The notes under the pieces were generated by a model that was given only the letters and a program-made list of their open reading frames with translations, did no database searches and had not been told where the DNA came from. A program made the position numbers and the translations under genes. Shown one piece after another: positions 13,854 to 33,279 of a DNA stretch of 64,000 nt. Within the stretch, counting starts at the first letter, position 1, and every line of letters starts with the position of its first letter. Source of the DNA: Camelus dromedarius (lineage: Eukaryota). The stretch lies in the NCBI RefSeq assembly GCF_036321535.1, contig NC_087438.1, positions 115,320,001 through 115,384,000 on the forward strand, written 5' to 3'.

Positions 13854-13906
13854 TGTCAAGCCTTGTGAACAGTCATCATGTCAAACCTTGTGAACAGTCA
13901 TCATGT
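13854..13906. repeat. 25-bp tandem duplication TGTCAA(G/A)CCTTGTGAACAGTCATCA x2
   Basis: Two adjacent copies differing at one base. Confidence 0.9.
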
Positions 13907-14519
13907 ACAGGTTTCTCTTTTCCAGGTGAAAAGTCCTCAGCCCGTTCAACTATACGATGTATTTATCACCATCCTCGTCACTCCTCTGGAATTGGCTAAG
14001 TGTGGCAATGTCCCTTAAACACATGACATCAATATTGAACAGTAAGTCCAGAAATGTCCTAATTAGTCCATTTCTCTGGCTCTAAAGTCTCTGGAATGAT
14101 CCTCAACTAGTCATCTTCTACCTAAAACTACCTTAAAATGTCCGGTATTTTACTTCAGGCACATTTCCCGTTTCTGCATCTCCTACCTCCATCCCTTCCC
14201 AGTTCAGTCCCTCATCTGCCTAGGCCTGCATCCTGTGTCCCCCTTTTCCACTTCCTTGCCTGCTGCTTCCAGACCTGTCCTCTTACCCCATGCTGCCATG
14301 TGTGGGTCAGCAGACACTCACTGAGCCTTTGTGATGTTTATGAGGAAGGCAAAGCCTTCACTCAGCTGTGACAATATGCAGAGGGGTGCACTGTAGCACA
14401 GACTCACACCCAGGGCTGAGGATGGAGACGGGCATTCCAGCATAGGTTTATGGAGATGGCATTTGGCCAACATTTTAAGAATGGGTGGAATTAAACGCAG
14501 AGTAGAAGAGCATTCCAAA

Positions 14520-14720
14520 TTCACCAGAAGCTAGGGGGAGAGGCGTGGAGCAGATTGTTCCTCATCCTTCCTCTTCCATTCTTCCTCTTCCCAAAAGGGC
14601 TAAACCTGCTGACACTTGGCTTTAGACTTCTAGCCTCCAGAACTGTGAGGAAATAAATTTCTGTTGCTTAAGCCACTTAGTTTGTGGTACTTTGTTATAG
14701 CAGCTCTAGGAAACTAATAG
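14520..14720 (+). mobile_element. MLT1 (MaLR) LTR 3' part
   Basis: CCTGCTGACACTTGGCTTTAGACTTCTAGCCTCCAGAACTGTGAGGAAATAAATTTCTGTTGCTTAAGCCAC...GGAAACTAATA. Confidence 0.8.
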
Positions 14721-14724
14721 AAGC

Positions 14725-15172
14725 CCCAAACTAGGAACAACCCAGATGTCCATCAACTGTATTTATTCAGTAAAACAGGTAAATCAAGTATGGTATATCA
14801 CACAATAGAATACCTTATAGTAACAAAAATGAACTAGCCACAACCACACTCAACAACATGAATTTAAAAATGTTAAGCAAAAGACTCAAGACTTAATAGC
14901 ACGATTCCATGTATATAAAGTCAAAACTATATAAATTAGTCAAAACTAATTTATGGTGTCAGGATTATGGTTACTCTCTGTATGGGAGCAGAGACAAGAA
15001 GTGGGCCAAAGGTCTTTTGGGGTTCTGGAAATATTCCAGTTCTTAATATGGGAACGGATTGCATAGGTTTTTTTCAGGTGATAAAAATATTTGATCTGTA
15101 CACTTATGAATTGCATATGTTCCTGCATGTATGTATATTTCAATAAAAAGTAGAAAGAAAGAAAAAAGGGGG
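14725..15172 (+). mobile_element. Old L1 (L1M-type) 3' end
   Basis: CCCCAAACTAGGAACAACCCAGATGTCCATCAAC...CACACAATAGAATAC...TTCAATAAAAAG plus A-rich tail. Similar old L1 tails occur at ~1155-1240 (+), ~8985-9235 (+) and ~31390-31690 (-). Confidence 0.7.
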
Positions 15173-15619
15173 CAGATGAGTGTTCCCGGCTGAACCCGGG
15201 GGAAGACTTGAGGGATTTAACTGTATACTCATTTAGGGAACCACTGAGCAGAGCAAAGGGTTAAGAGTTCTGGATGGGTGACAGAATATGTGGTACTAAG
15301 TGACCTCGAGAGGAAGATAAGGGCTGGTAAAGAAGTGTACTGAGAGCCATCATCTGGCGTCTGATAGGCAGCCCTGAACAGGGGACGGTCACTTTCCAAA
15401 TGCGTTTCTGGAAAACAACACTAACAGCACCTCTCGGTGGAAGACGACACTGCATAGAGAGCTCAGCCAGCAAGCACTTGGAGAGATAGCTGCCAAGTGG
15501 ACCAGGAGTACCCCGAGCCAAGGCAGTGCAATTTAGAGGGATCCGTTAACCTGTGGGAGCCTCCTTGGCAGGGCAGTGGCGAGGATTAAGCCAACAGGTA
15601 TTAAGTCTGGCCTCACTGT

Positions 15620-16680
15620 AAGAAGTCACTAATTTACTGCCGGGACTGTTCCGGTGCGTGGACCCGGAGGCCACTCCGCGCCGGACGCCCGCTACCCCTG
15701 CAGCAGCACCCGCAGGGTCACAATTTCGGCTGCCCAGAGGGGCGCGCGCGAGCCTCAGGAAGACCTGAGGCTGCAAACCTGACTCCGCCACCGGGCGGCG
15801 AGGCGGTGAGTATGGCTCAGTGCCTTTCCCTCTGATTGGGCGAGAAGAGGCCAGCGGGCGGAGACGAGAACAAAGGAGGAGGCAGTGATTGGTTAAGCCT
15901 GGGGAGAAGGCAGGGCCTTGGCAACAGAGTCCTAGGTTCCCCCCGTGAGCCCCGCCCCCTCACTGGGACTGCGGCCTGGGCCGGCGAGGCTATCTGTTCC
16001 CGCGGAGCGTTCTTAAAGTCTCCCAGTCTTCCAGCAACCGCTGACGCGACCCGCGTGCGGCCGACCACTGGCCAACCCGGGAGAGCAGGGCTAGAGCGTG
16101 ATCCCCTTTCCCGAGGCGCCTCCCAGCTCTCCCCACTCGGCGGCCGCGCGCTCCGCCAGCTCCTTCTCTCCTTCCCTGCCCCAGCCCGGCAAATCCGGGG
16201 GTCGGCGAGCCGGCTGAGTGGGAGACGCGCGGTGTCCGAGGAGCCAGGCGGCGACCGGTGAGGGGACCGAGGGGCTGGGAGGGAGGGTTGGCACGGGGCA
16301 GTGGTCCCCAAACTGTCGCCCGGCTTCTTCCCTTCGTCCCAGGCTGCTCGCGTCTGCAGCCATCGAGAACGCCGCCCCGGCAACGAGTGACGCGGAGGCG
16401 CCGCGGAGCGAGCGATTGGCCGGCGCATGCCCGCGGCCGCCGCGCGGCTTGCTCCTCCCAGGCCTTGCCCTCCGTCTGTCCTCAGCAGGCCGCCTTCGGT
16501 GACCTTCGTGGCCGGCGGCGCCACGACGCAGACATCGCTAGGCTGAGCCGGATTAAAAGGGCAGCGGCAGCCACCAGGCTCAGTCGATGCTAAACGCCCG
16601 CTACTCTCCACTTGCCCTTCGGGTGGGCTGGCGCCTGGGCCCGAGTTGCGGGGTGGGGAGTTTCTGACCGAGGCCCCGTT
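15620..16680 (+). promoter_or_regulatory. ZNF672: CpG-island promoter and non-coding exon 1 of ZNF672
   Basis: Dense CpG. Inverted CCAAT boxes (ATTGG near 15835, 15887, 16415). Donor GCG|GTGAGT at 15805/15806. Confidence 0.7.
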
Positions 16681-16700
16681 CTCCAGTACTAGGCACCAAG

Positions 16701-16833
16701 TATTTTGTTTATTTTGAGGGGGGGGGGGGGAGGAGGTTAATTGGGTTTATTTATTATTGTTTTTTACTTTAATGAACCCAGGACCTCATGCATGCTAAGC
16801 ACGCACTCTACCACTGAACTATACCCTTCTCCC
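16701..16833 (-). mobile_element. tRNA-Ala-derived SINE, Vic-1 type, second copy
   Basis: Reverse complement of the same head. Exact 12-bp TSD TACTAGGCACCA at 16687-16698 and 16834-16845. Confidence 0.85.
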
Positions 16834-18802
16834 TACTAGGCACCAGGTCTTAAAATGAGTAACCAACGTCACTACTTACTCTCAAAGCTCCCGGGATGCG
16901 GCGTGGGTCCACAAAAGGCCCACGCTGCTCTGATCCTATGAAGGAGGCTTCTTTGGGGGGTCGGGGGAAGGACTTAAAAGCTCTTGCAGAACGCTTAGGA
17001 TGCCTTGGAAGTAGGGGTAGGAGTCAGACCCCTAATTCAGGGTCCCTCCTCAGAGGAACTGTCCTGAGCAGAGAAAATCCTAAAAACTCGGCAACCGCAG
17101 TTCTCAGACTTAACACCTTCCCTCTTTCCATATGAAGCATTATAGTAGTTTTCTTTGCTGAGTTTTCTCAGGCAGCAGTGTTAGCCATACAAAGCCCCCT
17201 GTCCAAGGTCATAGAGCTGGTAATTGAAGACCCAGAATTTGAAGGCTTGCCTCTCTGGTTCCCACTTAATAAACCAAGGTACAGTATTTGCAGTATATGC
17301 AGTGGATAGGGCTATGGAAGATCAGAGGACTAGAGAGACAGCCTTTCCTCCAGGAGCATAATGTTTGAAAGAATTGTATTCCCAGATTAATACATCGTTT
17401 AAAAAAAAATAATAAAGTCCAGCTTCTTGCTAGGCCCAGGGAGGGTGCAAAACACCATATAACCCTTCCCTCATCCCAGTTTTGGGCTGCTCTGGCCCCT
17501 CTGGGCTGTAGTCCTGCCCGTGTGTCAAAGGGACCTAGAGCATAAACTATCCCACTATGTATGTTCTCCCCCTATCAATATGCATAACTTCTCCACACTT
17601 CTCAGATTTCACAGGAAAATCTTTGCAGAAGAAACCTGCAAAAAGATCCATTTGAATCGTGATCAGGCTTGGGCACTTAGGATGGGGGTGGGGGGAGCTG
17701 TCATTCCTATTTCCACCAACTCCTTAAACATGTCACACTGGATCTGAAGCTGGAAAGGGCAGCTTCTTCTAAAGTACTGGACCTTGTTTCTGTTCTGGGG
17801 AAGAGGGAAGTGAGGAGTGGCCACTTTGGTGCCCTAGATTTCATACCCCATCCTCACCTAGAAAAGAGGCTGAAACCTTTTCAGAGTGGATTGGGAATCA
17901 CTGTTTCCTGTTACTTTCCCTGATTATTCAGAATAAAGGCAAGTAGGGGGCTGGAGGAGTGAGGGTGAGGAGGTAGTACGGGAGGAGAGCCTTGAATGAA
18001 GGGTGGGGGAAGGGCTTTCAGGAAGTCGAAGGGCCCCAAAAAGGGCCAGTTAAACTTTTCCATCCACCTGATTGCTCCCGCCTCTTCCCCCCAGGAGAGT
18101 GAAAAGTGGATTATTTGCTTCTATCTGGATGTACATTTCAGCCGTCTTTAGGGGTGTCTTAGAGTCTAGAGACTGTAATGTCTTGAAGGCTGGGGCAACG
18201 GACTTTAGGGCTGGGGCAGCGGTAGGGGTTGAGGAGATACGGAGGATGTATAGAAAGGCCAGCAAAGAGTCTCCTCTCCAGAATGCAGCTACCACTCTCC
18301 GCAAGGGTGATCCACAGTGGAGCGCACAGAGTGAGCCCTGGTCCCCGGGGCTGCCTGGGGCTTCCTGCTGCGCTGCTGTCTGTCACTGGCTAGGGCCAGG
18401 AGTGGCTGGGGACTGTCGGGGAGAGCCAGAGATGGGCCACCCAGCCTGCCATCCCCCTCCTGTCCCTGGACCTGCTTAGCACCCTTGAGCTAGATGGCTC
18501 TGCCTACCCGCAGGGAACCTCAGGTCACATAGGGATAACCAGGAGTACCCACGTCATGTAGTGCCCAAGTCCCACCCAGGTCTTCTTTCAGACATTCACT
18601 TTCCTGAAGAGCAGCTGGGCCCTCTGGAGAGGGTGGCCAGGGCCTCATATCTTGGGAGATGAGAAAAGTGGCTGTGTACTCTGATTACTGCGGCTCTAAG
18701 GATCAGAGCAGTCAGTGACCTCTTCCTATGCAAACCTCTCCAGGGACTGTGAGGTGGCCAGCCTCCCTTTGTATATTATTCCAGAATTTGGAACAGCCAT
18801 TT

Positions 18803-19110
18803 GGCAAACACTATCCAATAGAAATAAAACGTGAGCTACATTTGTACTCATCACTTTTCTTAAAAACAGGTGGAATAAATTTTAAAAATATATTTCACTT
18901 AAACCCAGTATATCCAAAATATTATCAATTCAACGAATAGCCAACATTAAACATTATTAATGAGCGATTTTGCACTTTTTTTTCCTACTAGGTCTTTGAA
19001 ATCAGGAGTGTATTTGACCCTTACAGCACATCTCAGTTTGGACCAAACGCACTTCAAGTGTTCAGTTGCCACAGGTGGCTTGGGGCTACTGTAGTGGACA
19101 GCACAGCTGG
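18803..19110. mobile_element. MER33-like hAT-Charlie element
   Basis: CACTATCCAATAGAAAT...AACCCAGTATATCCAAAATATTATC...TTACAGCACATCTCAGTTTGGAC...GTGGACAGCACAG. Confidence 0.8.
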
Positions 19111-19183
19111 GACAGCTCTCAGCCCCACTCTTGCAGCCCAAATCAGTTTTATCCATCTCTGGTTTCAAGACGGAGGAATTGCA

Positions 19184-19311
19184 GGGGGGAGGGTATAGTT
19201 CAAGTGATAGAGTGCATGCTTAGCATGCATGAGGTCCTGGGTTCGATCCCTGGTACCTCCATTAAAGACATAAATAAACCTAATTACCTCCCCCACACAC
19301 ACACAAAAAAA
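19184..19311 (+). mobile_element. tRNA-Ala(AGC)-derived SINE, camelid Vic-1 type
   Basis: GGGTATAGTTCAAGTGATAGAGTGCATGCTTAGCATGCATGAGGTCCTGGGTTCGATCCC head and A-rich tail. 15-bp TSD with 2 mismatches: AAGACGGAGGAATTG (19167-19181) and AAGATGGAGAAATTG (19312-19326). Confidence 0.85.
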
Positions 19312-22300
19312 AAGATGGAGAAATTGTGAGATGATCACTTGCCTCTTCATCACACCCCAGAAATGCTGGCCTGGTAGAAAAGATAACCAGGGAAGAAAAT
19401 CTTATGTTGGCTGAACAGCACAACTCAGAAGAAAAAGAACTGCACTGCTCTCACAGTAGATTGTTAGTAAATGCACTGAACCCTGACTTAAGTCCAGCAC
19501 TCTTGTGAACAGTTAGATATGGCATGAGATGCCTGCAAGATCTATTAAGGAACAAAAATAAAGTGATATATGAAACTCGGAAGTTTATCTTCATTACGAA
19601 TATTTTTGCCATTAGCTTATCTTCTTAGTACGTGTTTTTATTGGTTATATGTGGAGTATTTATAAATATCTGTCTTTATTAAATGCTTGGAAGGTACTAA
19701 ACTACTATAGTATTGAACAATTAGGACCTTTTAACATTTCATACATAATGACCCCGTTCCCTCTTTCCAAGCCTTCCCTGTACTTACGGGTTTTTTTTTT
19801 TTTGCGTTCTTTTTTATTGAAGTATAGTCAGTTTACAACGTGTGTCAATTTCTGGTGAACAGTGTAATGTTTGTCTCCTGGTACTTATTTTTTTCTCCAA
19901 AGAAATTTGATGGTATAACTTAAAAATTCAATCAGGAAAATCTTTAGGACAGTTCAGAAATTGTTCTTCGTTTGGCACAGTGATGTTTTATTTTTCTTTT
20001 AGATTTCCTGCCGGGCATAGACCCTTTCCTTCCAGGCAAGCTCCAGCATGGGGTGAGGTACAGAAGAGAGACCAGAAGGATACAGCCTGGCTGGCACTCA
20101 AGCAGCAAACCTGCACCCTAGACCGGGCTCTCTTACTCCACATCTGTAATGGGGGGAAGTGGTATGTTTGTTTATATGTCATTTGTGTATGCGTGTTTAT
20201 GTTTGTGCATGTGTCTTACTTCCTTGGGCATGTGCCCTGGAAGGCAGTATCCTGGCAGAGGGTGTGTTTCCAGAAACATGGCCTGAGAGGAGCAGTTGTC
20301 TCCAGAGACCCCCAGGTGAGGGGGAACACTCACCTAGGCATAAGCATTAGCCTCTTTGGCATTTGGGATCAACCACTGACTCTTGAAGGAAGGTTTTATT
20401 CATAGGAGGGCCAGCATTCCTTTGAATTTGACCAGCTAGAAATCAGCAGCCCAAGCAAGTGTCTTGGCTGAAAGTTCCGTCTGGAAGATCCGAGAGGCTC
20501 CCTCTAAAGTCTGCTCTCAGGTTGTAGAGAGGCTCCTGGCTCTGCTTGCAGAGTTTGTTTAAAGCTCATCCTCTTTGAATAAGATATCTGGGATTTAAAA
20601 TACTCCAGATCCACCCACCACACGCACACCAAAAAAAGAAAGTGTGTGGGGTGGAGTCAGGTAAGGGGAGTGTCACAGATGAAACAAAATGCAAAATGCA
20701 GATAGACGCTGCAGGTGAGGGAGTGACTTGTGATACTATTCTTGGTACGTTTTTATATTTGCAAGTGTCCATTTAAAAAACTACCCTCTTCCAGGAAATA
20801 CTTCCCTCTTCTTTCTCCTCCTGTGTCTGTCTCCTCTAATTAGTTTAAATTCACATTGTCCCTCTTACTTCACTGCTCCTGCAGGGCAGAGCACATCCTG
20901 CTCCAGAAGTACAGGAAGGAAGCATCCTGCATCCGCCACTCCCATCCAGTGCAGAGGGGAGCAGAAGCTCCAGAGCCCACCCCTGCAGGTTTGTGGCTAT
21001 AAAGGCTTTTTTTCAGTTGATCCCATTTGGATTCAAAAGATGAGGACCCCGTCTATGGGCTGTTTTAATGACAGCTCTGTATTTAGGATGAATTTCCAAC
21101 TGCTAAGAAGAAAATCGTGACTATTTTGTTTGCTTCCTCTCTCTGATCTGTTGGGTGACATGGCCTATAACCGATAACGACTGCATCTCATCTCCAGTGT
21201 CCCACTGAACTGGGTTGGGGATAGATCCACGGGTCCCGAGGGCTGGAGTCAGTGGTGAGGCCGGCCAGGTGAGGAGGGCAGCCCTATTTGTGCTCTAAAT
21301 AGAGGGCACAAAGGCTGACCCTGCTGCTAGGTAGCTACCTGGACCAACTTGTCAGATGGAGTCAGGGATGCCGTTTGAGATCAAGAGGACAGAGCAGATC
21401 CCATCCCCATAAAGGGGCTTCTTTGCTACTCCGGGTTCTCAGATCCCTGGAGGTGGGGCAATGAGGAATGTCTGCAGAATGTATCCAAACAACCAGGATG
21501 CTGTGAGAATTGGAAAGGCTGTCCCTTCCTTCTCCTCAGCCTTCCCTAAAAATGTGAAAAGCACTTCCTGGATAACGCCATGAACTTTTGATAATATTCT
21601 TTGTGAGTTATTTATGCTTCCTTTTCACGCCTTTCCTGGGTCGTGAGATGCTTTCTCAAGGCTAGGCCAGGGGACTCGGATTGTGCACTGGTGTGATGTG
21701 ACTGTAAGGTGTGCTGCCCAGAGCCAAGGAGTAGTACTTTTAGGGTTTCTCAGACACCTTACCTTGCTCAGGCCCGCGCCCCTTCTGAACCTTTTGCCCA
21801 GGCTCCTGCTGCTGGATAAGTTTAGGCTTCATCTAAGGCCCTTCCTGTCTTTCCAGCCCAGGCCTGGCTGGGTTTGCACTGGTGACTCAGGAAAGCCAGG
21901 TCTCTGGAAGAAGGTGCTGGTGTGGTCTAGGTCCAGGGGACTTCTCATTGCCTATCCTTCCTTGGTCATTTCCTAGGGCATCTTGAGGCCAAGATCCCTG
22001 GTCTAAGACCATAAAATAGGCTAGGCCCTCCTCCTCATCTCCTTCCTCACAGTGTACTGGAGGCAAGCTCCCCTCTGAGTCCCTTCTGCCCTTCCTAGTG
22101 GCGCAAGGACCCCCTCCCCATGTATCTAGGACCCTCAAGGCTTTGCCTCCTCTTGGAGAATGGGAATTCAGGGGATGCCGTAGCTGAGGAAGTTATAAAA
22201 AACAGGGAACCTGTACTTGCCCTTCCATTCCCCAGGGTGTAGCTGGGGTGACAGTGACCTTCTCCCTGCAGGGCTCACAGTACATGGCACATCTAGCTGC

Positions 22301-22512
22301 AGCTCACCTTCGAAAAAGCCACAGCACCTGCTCATGAGAGAAGGAGCCCTGGGATCCGCAGACCAGTTGTCCAGGCCTCTCCCTCTCCCCCCTGCTACAG
22401 GTCCCCTTCAAGGCCTTAAGAAAAGTGAAAGTAACTCACAGCTCCAGGACGTGGACCCTGGAGTGTGAGTGGGACACCGCACCGGGAGGGCGCCGGGGGC
22501 CTGGCCGTCACC

Positions 22513-23913
22513 ATGCTGGCCGCATCCCAGGCCGCAGTGGGCAGGCCTTACGCGTGCAGTGAGTGTGGCAAGAGCTTCCGCTACAGTTCCGTGCTGCTGC
22601 GGCACGAGCGCGCCCACGGTGGGGACAGCCGCTTCCTCTGCCTAGAATGCGGAGAGCGCTGCCTGCAGGCCAAGGACCTCCGGGCTCACCGACGCGCCCA
22701 CGCGGGCCAGACGCTCTACATCTGCAGCGAGTGTGGCCAGAGCTTCCGCCACAGCGGCCACCTCGACCTGCACCAGAGCGCGCACCAGCGGCGCCGCGGC
22801 CGCCTCTGTCGCTGCCGCGCTTGCGGCCGCCGCTTCCCGCACCTCCCCGCTCTGCTGCTGCACCGGCGCCACTGGCACCCGCCCGAGCGGCCCTGTCGCT
22901 GCCCGCTGTGCCCTCGTGCCTTCCGCCAGAGCGCGCTGCGCTTCCACCAGGCGCGGGCGCACCCGTGGGGGACACCCACCGCGCCCGCGGCCGCGCCCCA
23001 CCGCTGCCCGCAATGCCCACGGGCCTTCCGCAGTGGCGCGGGACTTCGGAGCCACGCGCGTGCGCACCTGGCCGAGCGCGCCGGTGACTCGCCGCGCCGG
23101 CAGTCGCGTGCTCCGGACGTGCACCAGTGTGGCGTGTGCGGCAAGAGCTTCGGCAAGAGCTCCACGCTGACGCGACACGTGCAGACCCACTCGGGCGAGA
23201 AGCCCTTCAAGTGCCCAGAGTGCGGCAAGGGCTTCCTGGAGAGCGCCACGCTGGTGCGCCACCAGCGCACGCACACGGGCGAGAAGCCCTACGCCTGCGG
23301 CGCCTGTGGCCGCCGCTTCAGCGAGAGCTCCACGCTGCTGCGCCATCAGCGCAGCCACCAGGGCGAGCGGCCCCATGCCTGCGGCACGTGCGGCAAGGGC
23401 TTCGGGCAGCGCTCCGACCTGGTGGTGCACCAGCGCATCCACACGGGCGAGAGGCCCTTCCCGTGCCCGGAGTGTGGCCGCTGCTTCAGCGACCGCTCCG
23501 ACCTCACCAAGCACCGGCGCACGCACACCGGCGAGAAGCCCTACCGCTGCGAGGTGTGCGGCCGGCGCTTCACGTGCGTGTCCAACCTCAACGTGCACCG
23601 GCGCAACCACGCCGGTCACAAGCCGCACAAGTGCCCTGAGTGTGGCAAGGCCTTCAGCGTGGGCTCCAAGCTGACGCTGCACCGCAAGACGCACCTGGGC
23701 GAGCGGCCGGCCCAGTGTGCGGAGTGTGGCAAGTGCTTCAGCCACAGCCGCTCACTGTCACAGCACCAGCGGGCGCACACACGGGCTCGCGCTGCCGCCG
23801 CCGCCGCCGCCGCCGCCACCCAGGCCATGGCAGGCACTGCCCTTATCTATGCTGGCCAAGCTGAACAGGAAAAGCCGGGACTCTTTGTGTCTCAGTTGAG
23901 AGAGACTTGCTGA
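22513..23913 (+). CDS. ZNF672: Zinc finger protein 672, single coding exon, 466 aa, 14 C2H2-type motifs, no KRAB domain
   Basis: ORF-track 22465-23913 starts at a GTG; the first ATG is at 22513 (GTCACCATG). Fingers such as YACSECGKSFRYSSVLLRHERAH and FKCPECGKGFLESATLVRHQRTH match the remembered human ZNF672. Candidate last-exon acceptor TTCTCCCTGCAG ends at 22271. Confidence 0.95.
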   Translation: MLAASQAAVGRPYACSECGKSFRYSSVLLRHERAHGGDSRFLCLECGERCLQAKDLRAHRRAHAGQTLYICSECGQSFRHSGHLDLHQSAHQRRRGRLCRCRACGRRFPHLPALLLHRRHWHPPERPCRCPLCPRAFRQSALRFHQARAHPWGTPTAPAAAPHRCPQCPRAFRSGAGLRSHARAHLAERAGDSPRRQSRAPDVHQCGVCGKSFGKSSTLTRHVQTHSGEKPFKCPECGKGFLESATLVRHQRTHTGEKPYACGACGRRFSESSTLLRHQRSHQGERPHACGTCGKGFGQRSDLVVHQRIHTGERPFPCPECGRCFSDRSDLTKHRRTHTGEKPYRCEVCGRRFTCVSNLNVHRRNHAGHKPHKCPECGKAFSVGSKLTLHRKTHLGERPAQCAECGKCFSHSRSLSQHQRAHTRARAAAAAAAAATQAMAGTALIYAGQAEQEKPGLFVSQLRETC

Positions 23914-24736
23914 GAGGGTTCTCAGGAGTGGGCTAGACAAGCACTTACATACTATGAGACGGGGCGGGGGAACAACTTGCAGATGGGGGTCTGTGGAAAG
24001 GCAGTGTGGCCCGTTGCCTTTCTCCATCTCTGTTGCTGCGCCCCTACGCCTCCTTTCCTGGTCAGCTCTTTGCCTATTCTCAGCCCTTCCTTCGCCAGCT
24101 CTGGGTGTAGGTGCCAGGAGAACCTCCCGGACCCCAAGTACTGGTGTGTCCTAGCGCTGTTTCTCTGCTCTCAGGCGTCTCCTGTTATCTACCAGGGTTC
24201 TGTCTTTTCTTGTCCCATCTCCTTTTTCCAGCCCCGAGTGTCCGCTACCTCTCCTTTCCGGGTACTCCTGATGTCCTGCTGCTTCAGGTAATGGTCATCA
24301 CAGACGTGGCCAGAATCACATCCCTCCCGCCCCGTGGCCTTCCTGCCTCTTCCTTCCAATTTTACTCTCAGTCTCTCTGCTGCTCTCTCCCTCAGCTTCT
24401 GAGAGATAGGGACTTTGCAGGCAAAGAGATAGTGAGAGAGCTCACCTCACTAAACGGTTATCTCCCCACCAGAAGCACCCAGAAGGGTACTTCACACCAC
24501 GTGAAGGTGGGCGGAAGCTCTCAGCATGGCCCACGGGCCAGACCTGATGGTGTACAAATCAAGGTGCCTCTCAGCACATTAGCCCTGGGACCCGGGCCAA
24601 GAACACAGGGGTCTACAAAGCCTGGCACTGCCACGTGGAGTATGAATGTTTTAGCCCTATCAAGCTTGGAGCCATGGTGAAACTGAGCTCCACAGAGGTG
24701 ACAGTGCAGGGTGGAAAATTCCCTGGAATTAGCCAG

Positions 24737-24771
<35 letters not shown>

Positions 24772-25230
24772 TGCAGGTGGTGAAATAAAGAGTTGTCTGG
24801 GTTCCAGATGCCAAGGGCTTCCCTTTGTCAAACTTGAGGCCCAGCAATCTTGCATGTGTGGCTCCCTCATTTTTGCACTGGAAGGCAAGACCCTTCAGGG
24901 GCTTATACATTTGGTTACAGGAGAGTACCAGCGGGGCCCATCACATGCCTGTATCCCCACCCCAGCACATCCCCTGGAATGACCAAGCACTCTCCATACT
25001 ATCGGCCTGCCTTGCTTGAGTGCAAGAGCAGGCGTGACACTCCACAGGAAAGGCACTGCAAAGTGCCAGTGCAAACTCAGAAAGAAGGCTGGGTCCTCGG
25101 GGTGAGGGCAGCTGGGGGCCTGCAATCAGGCACATTCTAGCCAAGCCTGCTTCCAAAGGAATCAAGATTCCTGCACCTGAGGTGCCAAAAACACTTGCTT
25201 TGCCCACACAAGTTCATGTAAAATACTGGG

Positions 25231-25236
25231 TTTATT
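25231..25236 (-). terminator. Poly(A) signal AATAAA of ZNF692
   Basis: TTTATT on the plus strand, about 180 nt past the ZNF692 stop. Confidence 0.7.
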
Positions 25237-25414
25237 GTGTCCTTTAGGAAGACTAAAGTTGCCTGGCTCCCCTAGAGCCCTGTCTTGCCCCTACCCTGCA
25301 CTCCCCATCACCCTAGTTCCCAGGGACCAGGCATCTGGCTTTTTTTTTTTTTTTTTTTTTGCTGCTTTTCAGTCCCTGGGGCCTGGCTCCACAAATTCCA
25401 GGGAATGCCCTCTG

Positions 25415-32860
<7,446 letters not shown>

Positions 32861-33279
32861 GAGCGCCAGGGCCTGCAGACTGGAGGAGACATGCGTGTGG
32901 GCCGACCTTATCTGGGGCCAGAGTCCCCGGCTCCATCATCCGCCAGGGCCTCAGTTTCCTCATCAATGAGTCGGGACAGAACTAAATAAACCATTGCAAT
33001 AGGATTCGCTACCACTGGGCCAAAACAACCTTTGCTTGTATTACAGGGCGTGTGAACCAGCGCTATGGGGTGGGTATCGAGGGGATGGGAGTTACGGGGT
33101 CAGCATAAAAGTCAGAATGACCCGATCCCAGGCCCACTGAAGTGTAGACCTGGAGCTATGGGTAAGGAAATTTCAACTGGGGCGGGGCTGGGGGGAGGGG
33201 GTAAGGTAACAGTTCCATCTTGAAAAGGGCGCAGGCCTTTACTGGTTGATGAGGGAAGGACCAGGTCGTGTGCATTGCG

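Noticed and set aside
19184-19260. tRNA-Ala(AGC)-like sequence (also at 16760-16833)
   Set aside because: Mismatched stems, SINE tail and flanking TSDs show these are SINEs rather than tRNA genes.
19990-20720. Candidate internal 5' UTR exons of ZNF672 (~20003-20052 and ~20521-20714)
   Set aside because: Plausible splice signals, but non-coding exons cannot be verified without transcript data.
22508-23899. Many long overlapping ORFs on both strands across ZNF672 (for example 22642-23745, 367 aa, minus)
   Set aside because: Shadow frames of a very GC-rich zinc-finger exon; low-complexity Ala/Arg/Gly content and mostly non-ATG starts.
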